From Nitrosopumilus sp. (GTDB lineage: Archaea; Thermoproteota; Nitrososphaeria; Nitrososphaerales; Nitrosopumilaceae), in NCBI GenBank assembly GCA_963662625.1, contig OY759726.1, positions 1,248,001-1,312,000 on the forward strand: 64,000 nt of DNA, given 5' to 3'. Position numbers and translations under genes: made by a program. Numbering within the stretch: the first letter of the stretch is position 1; every line of letters begins with the position of its first letter. The notes under the pieces are model-generated. The model was not told where the DNA came from and did not search any database. It saw nothing but the letters and a program-made list of their open reading frames with translations. Of this stretch, positions 7,656-16,272 are shown one piece after another.

Positions 7656-10600
7656 ATGGCGGGTCGTCATTTGGTGGGTAGGCTGCAACTTTGTGCTGCG
7701 GCAGCAGCCATATGTGCAATGGCTGCCGGCAGCCTTGGTGCGGCAGGCGGCCAGTCCGTCCCGTCCCACTCGTCTGTGGCCGCTTGGGAGGCCGCAGCCC
7801 CTGGCCAGTCCGCAACCATGCCCGCTGGTGGCGCCGCCGGGAGCCACGTGATCGACTGGGGCGAGGGCAGCGCCGCCACGCGCGAGGGGGGCGCCAGCAA
7901 TGCGTACGGTGTTGCCGGGGCCTCCGTAGCTGAGATGCCCGGCGGCTTTGCCGGAGCTAATCTGGGGGACGATGCGGCAGACGGGGACATGCCGCGCCCC
8001 ATGGGCGGGACCGCGCCCCGGCCCGTTCCCGCCGGCCATGCAAAGAGTGCATACGGCACCGCGATCGCCGCCACGGACCTCCTCGGGCTGCCACCATCCC
8101 ACTCAAAGCACGCGGCCACGGTGCCAGGCGGCGCCGTTTCCGCCCATGCCAAAGTGACTGGAACCGTGTTCTTCGACGCGGACGGCGACGGAATTCAGGA
8201 TCCGGGAGAGAAAGGCGTTGAAGGGTACACCATGCACGCGATTGACCTCGTGACGGGCCAAGCCAGATCTGCCGACACCGCGGCCGGCGGCACGTACGCC
8301 TTTGAGCGCGTAAGGGCGGGCGAGACGACTCTGATACAGACCTGCTTCTTCCCGCCCGGACACACCGTGGCAGGCGCGGGATCGTCGTGGTTCTCGTACG
8401 CATCGCCGGCAGGCGGCCAGACGGCCACGTTTGATGTGGGTTTCTACCCGGTGCCGGAAGACCGGCGGGTCACGCTGGACCTCACGGCATTCCTGGACGA
8501 GAACCGCAACGGCGTAATGGACGCGGGAGAAGTGGGAGTCGGGGGTCTCAACCTTACGGTATACACCTACGCCGTAGGATCCGCGACCGTGACCACCGAT
8601 GCCTCCGGCACGGTGACAAGGGCCGACCTGCTGCCCGTCGACTGGGCCGTAACAGGCATGCCGGGGGAGTACCTGGTGACAGCATACAGGTACGAGAGAT
8701 CCGACGATACGGCAGGAAAGTTCTACGATCCCACTTTCCTGCTAGCGGACGAGCCGGAGCCCGGCTCGGTGCACACGATCGGGATAGGGCTGGTGCGAGC
8801 AGGTGCCGGCACGGGCGCCGGATCCATAAGCCTCGACAGGGGAGTGTACCCCGTCCCGATCGGCCCCGGCGCGCTCAAGATGAAAGACGGAAGCTACCTT
8901 CCGCAGGGCGAACTGACCGTCCATGTCAGGGTCAGCGACGCGGACTATGACCTGTCCGCCGCCGCCACGGACACGATAGACGAACCCGGCACGGGCCCGG
9001 TCAGGGTCTCCGTCATGAGGGGATCCGCGCAGGTCGTGCTAGGCTATGCGGGGGGCGCCGCCCCGGAGGGCGACCGCTTTGGCCCGATCAGGGAGATTGC
9101 CCCAGACGCCGGAATCTTCGAGGCGGGCATTGCGATCAGTCACGCCGACGGGCCTGAGAGCCCCAAGTGCGCGCCAGGCGGCGGGGCGTGCGTCCTGAGT
9201 GGGGATACTATCCTGGTGGAATACGCCGACGCCGATGATGGGTCAGGCGAGCCAAACATGGCGACCGACTCTGCCACGTTTGCCCTCCGGGACGCCGCAC
9301 TCCAGTCCGACAAGACAATCTACGTCGTAGGCCGCGACATACTCCTGACCCTCACCGAACCCGACTTTGACCTGGACAGCGCCCGCGCAGAGGCATACCC
9401 GCTCAACCTGATCGAGTGGGACTCTGACGCCGCCACCCTTGCCCTCGGCAGCGACGCCGCGTTTGTCCCCGAACCGCCCTATCTGGGGGAGACCGGCACC
9501 GGCACCGGCATCTTCCAGACTGTCATCCGGATGCCTGAAAGCCTTGCCGGCGACACTCTGGACCGGGCCGAGGAGATCCAGCTCGAATACGCCGACTGGG
9601 GCCCGTCTGGATCTGGCTATGTGGGAGACCTGCACAAGGACGTCGGCGCGACGATCTACACCTCCTACTTCGGAGCAACCGTGGAACTCGACCAGAATGC
9701 CTACACGTGGACTGACAAGGTATACATCACCATCGTAGCGCCAGACTACAACTTCGACGCCGACCTGGCCGACGAAATCGGCGACACCGACTCGAACCCC
9801 GTAAAGATTTCGACCAGGGGAGCAGACCTTGACAGCTACAAGCTAGTCGAGACGGGCCCCGACACGGGCATCTTCGCCGGCGAGGTCACCCTCACCGGCT
9901 TCACGCACGATGCCGACGGTGACACTACCACCGGCCCCGGCGGCAACGACGTAATGGATCGTCCGCCGCATGGCGGCGGCCCGACCGATGGCACGCTGCC
10001 ATCCGATGACTACGACGGCATCACCGTCTCCTTTGAAGTCTCAGAGGACTACACGGTAGTCAGCTCGGCGCTAATCCGGTGGAACATCGGCGAGGTCCAG
10101 TGGCTTGAGGCCGGCTACCCGGCTGATGGAGCCGGCACCGTGAGGGTGATTGATCCGGACATGAACCTGGATCCGGAGGCAGCCGACAGCTTTGGCATCG
10201 ACGTGTGGTCCGAGACCGACCTCGCGGGAGTTGGCCTTACAGTGACCGAGACCGGCGAGGCTACCGGGATCTTCGAGGGCACGACGTCCTTCACCGCCAC
10301 CGACGGGTCGTCCGCCCACACGCTCAGGGTGGCAGGGGGTGGCGCCGCCACCGCGGGATATGAGGACAACACCCTGCCCGATCCATACACAACCGTGGAT
10401 GAACGTCGCATCCTCGCCGTCGCAGCAATCCAGGGAACCGGCAAGACAGTCGACGGCGGCGGGAACAGGATAGGGCTAGACCAGGCAGCCTACACGTGGA
10501 CTGACAAGGTATACGTCACCATCGCCGCGCCGGGCCACAACCTGGATGGCGGGCTGGCCGAAGAGATAGGCGCAACCCCTTCGGACTCGGTAAGGATCTC

Positions 10601-11246
10601 CACCAGGGATGCGTACCTTGACAGCTACAAGCTAGTCGAGACGGGCCCCGACACGGGCATCTTCGCCGGCGAGGTCACACTCACCGGCTTCGCGCACGAT
10701 GCCGACGGCGATGCCGCCACCGGCAACGAAGACGGAGACGACACGGAGTACCGTGCACCGTCCGGAAGCGGCCCGACTGACGGAACGCTGCCAACCAGCG
10801 GCAACGGCGGCGTTGCCGTCTCCTTCAAGTTCTCAGAGGATGAGACGATCGTCGGGTCGGCGCTTGTACGGTGGAGCATCGGCGAGATCCGCTGGCTTGA
10901 GGCAAGCCACCCGGCGACGGGAACCGGAGTCGTAAGGGTAACCGATCCGGACATGAACCTGGATCCGGAAGCACTCGACAGCTTCAACGTCGACGTGTGG
11001 TCCGACTCAGACGCCGGAGGCGTCGACCTTACCGTGACCGAGACCGGCGAGGCTACCGGGATCTTCGAGGGCACGGTGTCCTTCGCCGTCACCGGCGAGT
11101 CGTCCGGCCACAGGCTCAGGGTCGCAGGGGGCGACACCGTCACCGCGGGATATGAGGACAACACGCTGCCCGTCCCATACACGACTGCAGACGAGCTCGA
11201 CATCTCGGCCACATCGTCAATCAGGGCGCCCCCGAGCCAGCCATGA
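7656..11246 (+). CDS. Large secreted/surface protein with SdrD B-like domains and duplicated thaumarchaeal S-layer-like repeats
   Basis: Signal-peptide-like N-terminus; VTGTVFFDADGDGIQDPGEKG and FLDENRNGVMDAGEVG (SdrD_B-type); repeated ETGPDTGIFAGEV / DPDMNLDPEA / ETGEATGIFEG modules. Start codon uncertain. Confidence 0.75.
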   Translation: MAGRHLVGRLQLCAAAAAICAMAAGSLGAAGGQSVPSHSSVAAWEAAAPGQSATMPAGGAAGSHVIDWGEGSAATREGGASNAYGVAGASVAEMPGGFAGANLGDDAADGDMPRPMGGTAPRPVPAGHAKSAYGTAIAATDLLGLPPSHSKHAATVPGGAVSAHAKVTGTVFFDADGDGIQDPGEKGVEGYTMHAIDLVTGQARSADTAAGGTYAFERVRAGETTLIQTCFFPPGHTVAGAGSSWFSYASPAGGQTATFDVGFYPVPEDRRVTLDLTAFLDENRNGVMDAGEVGVGGLNLTVYTYAVGSATVTTDASGTVTRADLLPVDWAVTGMPGEYLVTAYRYERSDDTAGKFYDPTFLLADEPEPGSVHTIGIGLVRAGAGTGAGSISLDRGVYPVPIGPGALKMKDGSYLPQGELTVHVRVSDADYDLSAAATDTIDEPGTGPVRVSVMRGSAQVVLGYAGGAAPEGDRFGPIREIAPDAGIFEAGIAISHADGPESPKCAPGGGACVLSGDTILVEYADADDGSGEPNMATDSATFALRDAALQSDKTIYVVGRDILLTLTEPDFDLDSARAEAYPLNLIEWDSDAATLALGSDAAFVPEPPYLGETGTGTGIFQTVIRMPESLAGDTLDRAEEIQLEYADWGPSGSGYVGDLHKDVGATIYTSYFGATVELDQNAYTWTDKVYITIVAPDYNFDADLADEIGDTDSNPVKISTRGADLDSYKLVETGPDTGIFAGEVTLTGFTHDADGDTTTGPGGNDVMDRPPHGGGPTDGTLPSDDYDGITVSFEVSEDYTVVSSALIRWNIGEVQWLEAGYPADGAGTVRVIDPDMNLDPEAADSFGIDVWSETDLAGVGLTVTETGEATGIFEGTTSFTATDGSSAHTLRVAGGGAATAGYEDNTLPDPYTTVDERRILAVAAIQGTGKTVDGGGNRIGLDQAAYTWTDKVYVTIAAPGHNLDGGLAEEIGATPSDSVRISTRDAYLDSYKLVETGPDTGIFAGEVTLTGFAHDADGDAATGNEDGDDTEYRAPSGSGPTDGTLPTSGNGGVAVSFKFSEDETIVGSALVRWSIGEIRWLEASHPATGTGVVRVTDPDMNLDPEALDSFNVDVWSDSDAGGVDLTVTETGEATGIFEGTVSFAVTGESSGHRLRVAGGDTVTAGYEDNTLPVPYTTADELDISATSSIRAPPSQP
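9699..11190 (+). repeat. Intragenic tandem duplication of ~0.78 kb within the surface-protein gene
   Basis: Long identical nucleotide blocks (e.g. GCCTACACGTGGACTGACAAGGTATAC and GACAGCTACAAGCTAGTCGAGACGGGCCCCGACACGGGCATCTTCGCCGGCGAGGTCAC) occur near 9700/9830 and 10488/10620. Confidence 0.85.
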
Positions 11247-11377
11247 CCGGCGTGATCTTCCGGTCTGGAAATGCCGCCAAAGCGGCCCGGCCGATCCGGC
11301 GGGGGATCGGACATGCGCCCGTGGGCTCGCTACATTTTTAATTGAACCGGCCCGGTACTGAGGCATTGAGCCAGCAG

Positions 11378-12391
11378 ATGGATGCCTTGGACAGGGAGCT
11401 CCTCAACGAGATCCAGTGGACGTTCCCGCTGGTCCCGAGGCCGTTTGACGCGATCGCCGGGAAGTTTGGCACGTCCCCCAAGTCGGTCAAGGAGCGCCTG
11501 CTCCGCCTCAAGGAGGCCGGGATACTCCGGCAGCTGAGCGCGATATTTGACACCCGCCGCCTCGGCTACACCAGCTCGCTGGTCGCCATGGAGGTGGAAC
11601 CTGAGATGCTGGAACACGTCGCCAACCAGGTCAACCGACACCCCGGCGTCAGCCACAACTATGAGCGCGACCACCGGTTCAACCTCTGGTTCACGCTTGC
11701 GGTGCCGCCGGGCTCCGACCTTGAGACCGAGGTGGGCAGGTTCTCGGCGCTGGACGGGATAAGGAACGTCCGCATGCTGCCCACGCTGCAGCTGTTCAAG
11801 ATAGGCGTAAAGCTGGAGATGGTGGACGGGAAGAAGCGCAGCGTCGCCCCCTCCGAGGAGAAGAAGGAGGTCAGGGACGTAAAGTTCGTCCCCACGGAGG
11901 AGGACAAGTCGTTCGTGCGCGAGCTGCAAAAGGACCTTGAGATCACGGACAGGCCGTTCCTGAAGCCGGCCGAGCGGCTGGGGCTCGGGGAGGCGCAGGT
12001 CTTCGAGAGGCTGAGGCACTACGAGGAGATAGGCGTGATGCGGAGGTTCGCCGCGATCTTGCGGCACAGGCAGGCCGGGTTCACGGCAAACGGCATGATA
12101 GTCTGGAACGTCCCCGAGGACAGGATATCCGAGGTGGGGTCAAAGCTGGGAGCCTTCCCGCAGGTCAGCCACTGCTACCAGAGGCCCACCTACCCGGACT
12201 GGCCCTACAGCGTGTTTTCCATGATACACTGCAAGACCAGGGACGAGGCCGGCCGGATGGCCCGGGAGATACAGGGCCAGGTGCGCGTGGACGACTACAG
12301 GATCCTCTTCAGCTCCCGCGAGTTCAAGAAGACCCGCGTCGAGTATTTCGTGGAGGGCAAGTTCAGCCTGGAGGAGACCGTCTCCGCCTAG
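11378..12391 (+). CDS. ahbAB: Siroheme decarboxylase AhbA/AhbB fusion (NirDL/GH-like, Lrp/AsnC fold)
   Basis: Two tandem Lrp-like halves with HPGVSHNYER and FPQVSHCYQRP, LFSSREFKK; heme-cluster context. Confidence 0.85.
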   Translation: MDALDRELLNEIQWTFPLVPRPFDAIAGKFGTSPKSVKERLLRLKEAGILRQLSAIFDTRRLGYTSSLVAMEVEPEMLEHVANQVNRHPGVSHNYERDHRFNLWFTLAVPPGSDLETEVGRFSALDGIRNVRMLPTLQLFKIGVKLEMVDGKKRSVAPSEEKKEVRDVKFVPTEEDKSFVRELQKDLEITDRPFLKPAERLGLGEAQVFERLRHYEEIGVMRRFAAILRHRQAGFTANGMIVWNVPEDRISEVGSKLGAFPQVSHCYQRPTYPDWPYSVFSMIHCKTRDEAGRMAREIQGQVRVDDYRILFSSREFKKTRVEYFVEGKFSLEETVSA

Positions 12392-13383
12392 CCCGCCCCG
12401 GGGGTGGCCTTCAGCTCGTAGGGGGGCCACGTGTCGTACAGGGCCTCGATCTCTGCCATGTCCCGCGCCGGGACGTAGCTTCCAGACATGCCGGCGTAGC
12501 CCGCGATCTCCTCCACGTCGACCATGGTGGGAAAGACGGAGGCAAAGCCCTTCTTGGAGAGGATGAACTTGATGGCAAGCTCCGTCATGCTGAGCCCGTT
12601 CCTCTGGGCGATCGGCCTCAGCTGCTCGACCTTCTCGAGGGCTGACCTTACCCACTCCCTCTTCCTGACCGCCCTGTGGTCGTTCTCGTCGATCTTCGTC
12701 TCCGCGTTGACCTTCCCCGTCAGGACCCCTGACGCCTCCGGCACCCTTACGAGGACGCCGACCTGCCTCTCCAGCGCCCTCTCCATGAGCTCGTTGCCCG
12801 GCGTCTGCTCCAGTATGTTGTATACCGTCTGGACCGCGCTGATGTTCTTCCTGTCCATCGCCTCCAGGCCCTCCCGCGTCCACCCTATCGCGGGGCCCAG
12901 GGCGACCTGGTACGTCCCGATCTTCCCCTCCTCCACGAGGCCGTCCAGCACGTCGAAGATCCCGTCGTCCCTCACGTGGTGCAGCTTTGGGTTGTGCAGC
13001 CCGTACATGTCGAGGCGGTCGGTCTGCAGCCTCTCCAGGCTGGCCCTGAGCGCCTTCCTCGTGAACTCCTCGTCGAACCTCTGGGGCAGCTCGCTGTGGC
13101 CGATCTGCTCCACCCCGCCAAAGTCGTACCCGTACTTTGTCGAGATGACCACCTCGTCCCTCATGTCCCTGAAGACCTCGCCGATCAGCCTCTCGCTCTT
13201 TCCCTTCCCGTACATGTCGCCGGTCTCGAAGAAGTTGATCCCCACGTCGTACGCCTTCTTCAGCATCCTCTTTGCCTCGTCCTCCTGGATCTCCTTGCCC
13301 CACCAGTTAAGCGCGATGGACCACGCCCCGAAGCCGACCTCCGAGACCATGGCGTCCGTCTTGCCCAGCCTGTTGTAGTTCAA
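12388..13383 (-). CDS. Aldo/keto reductase
   Basis: LGKTDAMVSEVGFGAW, GINFFETGDMYG, ISTKYG, SLERLQTDRLDMYGLH; TTG start. Confidence 0.9.
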   Translation of the reverse strand: MNYNRLGKTDAMVSEVGFGAWSIALNWWGKEIQEDEAKRMLKKAYDVGINFFETGDMYGKGKSERLIGEVFRDMRDEVVISTKYGYDFGGVEQIGHSELPQRFDEEFTRKALRASLERLQTDRLDMYGLHNPKLHHVRDDGIFDVLDGLVEEGKIGTYQVALGPAIGWTREGLEAMDRKNISAVQTVYNILEQTPGNELMERALERQVGVLVRVPEASGVLTGKVNAETKIDENDHRAVRKREWVRSALEKVEQLRPIAQRNGLSMTELAIKFILSKKGFASVFPTMVDVEEIAGYAGMSGSYVPARDMAEIEALYDTWPPYELKATPGAG

Positions 13384-13919
13384 CCCGTGATCTCCCTGAA
13401 CTCGGCGAGCCTTGCCCCGATCTCCGCGTCGCCCAAGACCTGCTCCCCGTCCGGGATCTCCCAGTCTATCTCTATCCAGGACTTGCACCCCTGGTACTCC
13501 TGCCTAACGGGCACGTGGAACTCCGGGATCCTGAACACCTTCAGGAACATCGCCTTCATGGGCCTCTCCTCCTTCCACCCCATCCTCCCGTCGATGCACG
13601 ACTTGCTCCATATGTGGAACTTTGACAGCATGTCTATCCTCTCCCCGGAAGTGACGTCGGCCTCTGCCAGGACCTCGGCGTACGACGATATCCTGTTGTG
13701 GCCCTCCATTGGCGGGCCTTCCTTCCCGATGAGCCCGTGGAACCGCTCCTTGATGTTGGCGCGGCCCTGGTGCTCCGTGGTGGGAAACAGCAGGAACCTG
13801 TCCGACTCCACCCTGAACCCCGACGCGGTCTCCATGATCCCGCCCTTCCTCAGCAGGACGGTCTGCTCGCCGCCCTCCAGCGCGCTGACGACTGCCGCCC
13901 ATTCCTTGAGGGACTTCAT
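13380..13919 (-). CDS. DUF1802 family protein
   Basis: LKEWAAVVSALEGGEQTVLLRKGGI...FLLFPT...YQGCKSW signature. Confidence 0.85.
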   Translation of the reverse strand: MKSLKEWAAVVSALEGGEQTVLLRKGGIMETASGFRVESDRFLLFPTTEHQGRANIKERFHGLIGKEGPPMEGHNRISSYAEVLAEADVTSGERIDMLSKFHIWSKSCIDGRMGWKEERPMKAMFLKVFRIPEFHVPVRQEYQGCKSWIEIDWEIPDGEQVLGDAEIGARLAEFREITG

Positions 13920-14596
13920 CACCCCAGACTCCTTATCAGCGGGACGACGTCCTTTTTGACGCATACTATCATCGGGATGTCGTTTTTCACGTACCTTGAG
14001 ACCCTCGTCTCCCTCAGGTCCATTATCAGGTCCTGGAAGTCCCTGATGTCGTCGGCCTCGAACGCCAGCATAAAGTCCTCGTCGTGGATCCCGAACGAGT
14101 AGGTGGTGTTCAGGACTATCTGGGGGTATTTCTTGCTGACCTCTATGTGCTCGTCCATGATCTCCTGCCTCTCCTCCCTCGGCAGCAGGTACCACTCGCG
14201 GCTCTTGGTGAACGGGTAGACTATGACGTACCCCTTCGCCTCGTCGCCCGAGACAAACCCGGACTGCTTCGCGTCCTTCACGTAGATCGACGGCCTGGTG
14301 CAGGACAGGTACGTCCTGGAGGGGGCGATGTACTTGCCAAACACGGTGGAGTACAGCCTCTCGGCCGCGCCCTGGATCTCGTCCACGCTCTCCGCGGCAA
14401 ACCAGAACAGGAAGTCCGCGTCGTCCCTCAGGCCCAGGTTCGAGTACGTCCTGAACCTTACCCCAGAGTTCCTGATCACGTTTTCCACCTCCTTGGCGGA
14501 CTCTTCCTTTGCGAGGTCTGCCATCCACCTCCACTTGGGATCCAGCTTGAAGAACGAGAAATTGAAGAAGTACTGCCGGCCCGCGCCCTGCCCCAT
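13919..14596 (-). CDS. Chlorite dismutase / coproheme decarboxylase family heme-binding protein
   Basis: YPFTKSREWYLLP, IMDEHI, TTYSFGIHDEDF, IMDLRET motifs. Confidence 0.88.
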   Translation of the reverse strand: MGQGAGRQYFFNFSFFKLDPKWRWMADLAKEESAKEVENVIRNSGVRFRTYSNLGLRDDADFLFWFAAESVDEIQGAAERLYSTVFGKYIAPSRTYLSCTRPSIYVKDAKQSGFVSGDEAKGYVIVYPFTKSREWYLLPREERQEIMDEHIEVSKKYPQIVLNTTYSFGIHDEDFMLAFEADDIRDFQDLIMDLRETRVSRYVKNDIPMIVCVKKDVVPLIRSLG

Positions 14597-14653
14597 GGCT
14601 TCATTGGCCCCCTGAACCCTATTTAAACAGAAACGCGGCCGCCCGGCCAGCGC

Positions 14654-15424
14654 TCATGCGGCCTGCTCGAGGACCCAGTCGTAGCCGTCGCTTTCCAGCT
14701 TGTCGGCAAGGGAGGCGTCACCCGTCTTCAGGACCCTGCCCTTGGCAAAGACGTGGACGAAGTCCAGCTTGTCCAGGAACTTCAGGATCCTCGCATAGTG
14801 CGTGATCACGACGACCGTTGCGTCCTCCCCTGAGACCTGGCTGATCGACTTTGCGACCGCCTGCACCGCGTCGATGTCCAGGCCGGAGTCGGGCTCGTCC
14901 AGGATCGAGATCTTAGGCTTCAGCACAGCCATCTGCAGTACCTCCGCGCGCTTCTTTTCGCCGCCGGAGAACCCCTCGTTGAGGTACCTTGACAGGAACT
15001 CTTCTTTCAGCCCCACCTTGTCGAGGTTCTCCTTCAGGTACTTTTGGAACTCCCTCACGGTGATGAATACCTCCCTGTCTTCCCCCTGCAGCGCCTTGCT
15101 GAGCGAGTTGTACGCCGTCCTCAGGAAATGCGAAAAGCCGACCCCAGACACCTCCGTGGGGTACTGGAACCCCAGGAACAGGCCCCTCTTTGCGCGCTCG
15201 TCGGCGGTAAGATCCATTATGCTCTGGCCGTCCAGGAGGATGTCCCCCTTGGTGACCTCGTACTTTGGGTGCGCGAGCAGCGTGTACGCGAGAGTGCTTT
15301 TTCCCGAGCCGTTCGGGCCCATTATGGCGTGCACCTCCCCCGGGCCGGTCTTCAGGTTGACGCCGGTGAGGATCTCCTTCCCGTCCCTTGTGACGTGCAG
15401 ATCCTTGATCTCCAGAACTGCCAT
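14654..15424 (-). CDS. sufC: Fe-S cluster assembly ATPase SufC
   Basis: HAIMGPNGSGKSTL, LGFQYP, NEGFSGGEKKR, LDEPDSGLDIDA, ITHY. Confidence 0.96.
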   Translation of the reverse strand: MAVLEIKDLHVTRDGKEILTGVNLKTGPGEVHAIMGPNGSGKSTLAYTLLAHPKYEVTKGDILLDGQSIMDLTADERAKRGLFLGFQYPTEVSGVGFSHFLRTAYNSLSKALQGEDREVFITVREFQKYLKENLDKVGLKEEFLSRYLNEGFSGGEKKRAEVLQMAVLKPKISILDEPDSGLDIDAVQAVAKSISQVSGEDATVVVITHYARILKFLDKLDFVHVFAKGRVLKTGDASLADKLESDGYDWVLEQAA

Positions 15425-15673
15425 GCCGCCAGTTGGCTCGCTTCTATATATAATGCCCGCGAAATTTAGCTGATCCTAACGGGACGGCCCGCGCCGGCCC
15501 GCTCCGTGCAGGCCGCGCGGCGCCGCCGGCGGGCCCCGGGCGGGGGGACGCAGCGCCGGCCCCCGGGCGGGAAGGGGCGCCGGGCCCGCCCAGCCCCGGC
15601 GGGGCCAGATCGCCGGCGGCGCCGCGCGCAAAATGGAATTGGTTTTATACTGCACGGCCCAACTAACCCAGTA

Positions 15674-15898
15674 ATGAAGCCGAAGAGCAAGATTTCGTTT
15701 ACCATGTCCCGCGAAGAGGAGGGCGGGTACAGCGCGCAGTGCATCGAGTTTCCCGGGATCATCACCCAGGCCGACACGAAAGCCGACCTGAGGAAGATGA
15801 TAAACGACGCGGCGGCCGGGTACTTCGAGTCGTTTCCGGAGGAACGGGACAGGCTGCAGCAGATCAAGAAGAACGAGGTGATGGAAGTCAATGTCTAA
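15674..15898 (+). CDS. hicB: HicB-family antitoxin (short form)
   Basis: EEEGGYSAQCIEFPGIITQADT...MINDA, a HicB partial RNase H fold pattern. Confidence 0.8.
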   Translation: MKPKSKISFTMSREEEGGYSAQCIEFPGIITQADTKADLRKMINDAAAGYFESFPEERDRLQQIKKNEVMEVNV

Positions 15899-16091
15899 GA
15901 AGATGCCGGCCCTCGCCCTGAGGGACATCCTGAACGTCCTCCGCAAGCAGGGGTTCTGGCAAAGCGGGCAGACTGGGTGCCACATATTCATGACCGACGG
16001 GAAACACAGGGTCACGATCCCCCGGAAAAAAGAGATGAAGAAGGGGACGCTGACGTCGATAATCGTCCAGTCCTCGTACCCGGTGGCCTAG
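15891..16091 (+). CDS. hicA: HicA-family mRNA interferase toxin
   Basis: DILNVLRKQGF...QTGCHIFM...VTIP...EMKKGTLTSII; overlaps the hicB stop. The C-terminus may be clipped. Confidence 0.75.
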   Translation: MSKKMPALALRDILNVLRKQGFWQSGQTGCHIFMTDGKHRVTIPRKKEMKKGTLTSIIVQSSYPVA

Positions 16092-16272
16092 GCGCCGGAA
16101 GTCCCGAATCACATGCCGTGGCTTTCACGGATGACCGCAACCCGATTTGGGACCACCGCACGGTTGATACACGCGAATGGGGCGTACTGTAGTCGGCGCA
16201 CCGTGGGGTCCTTGAGCGATGCATCTGCCAGCACGCACCTTGTGGGCAAATCCGCGACTGCCACCCTGTAGG

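Noticed and set aside
9699-11190. Duplicated segments as the template/variable repeats of a diversity-generating retroelement
   Set aside because: No reverse transcriptase is present, both copies are in frame in one CDS, and the differences do not appear adenine-specific.
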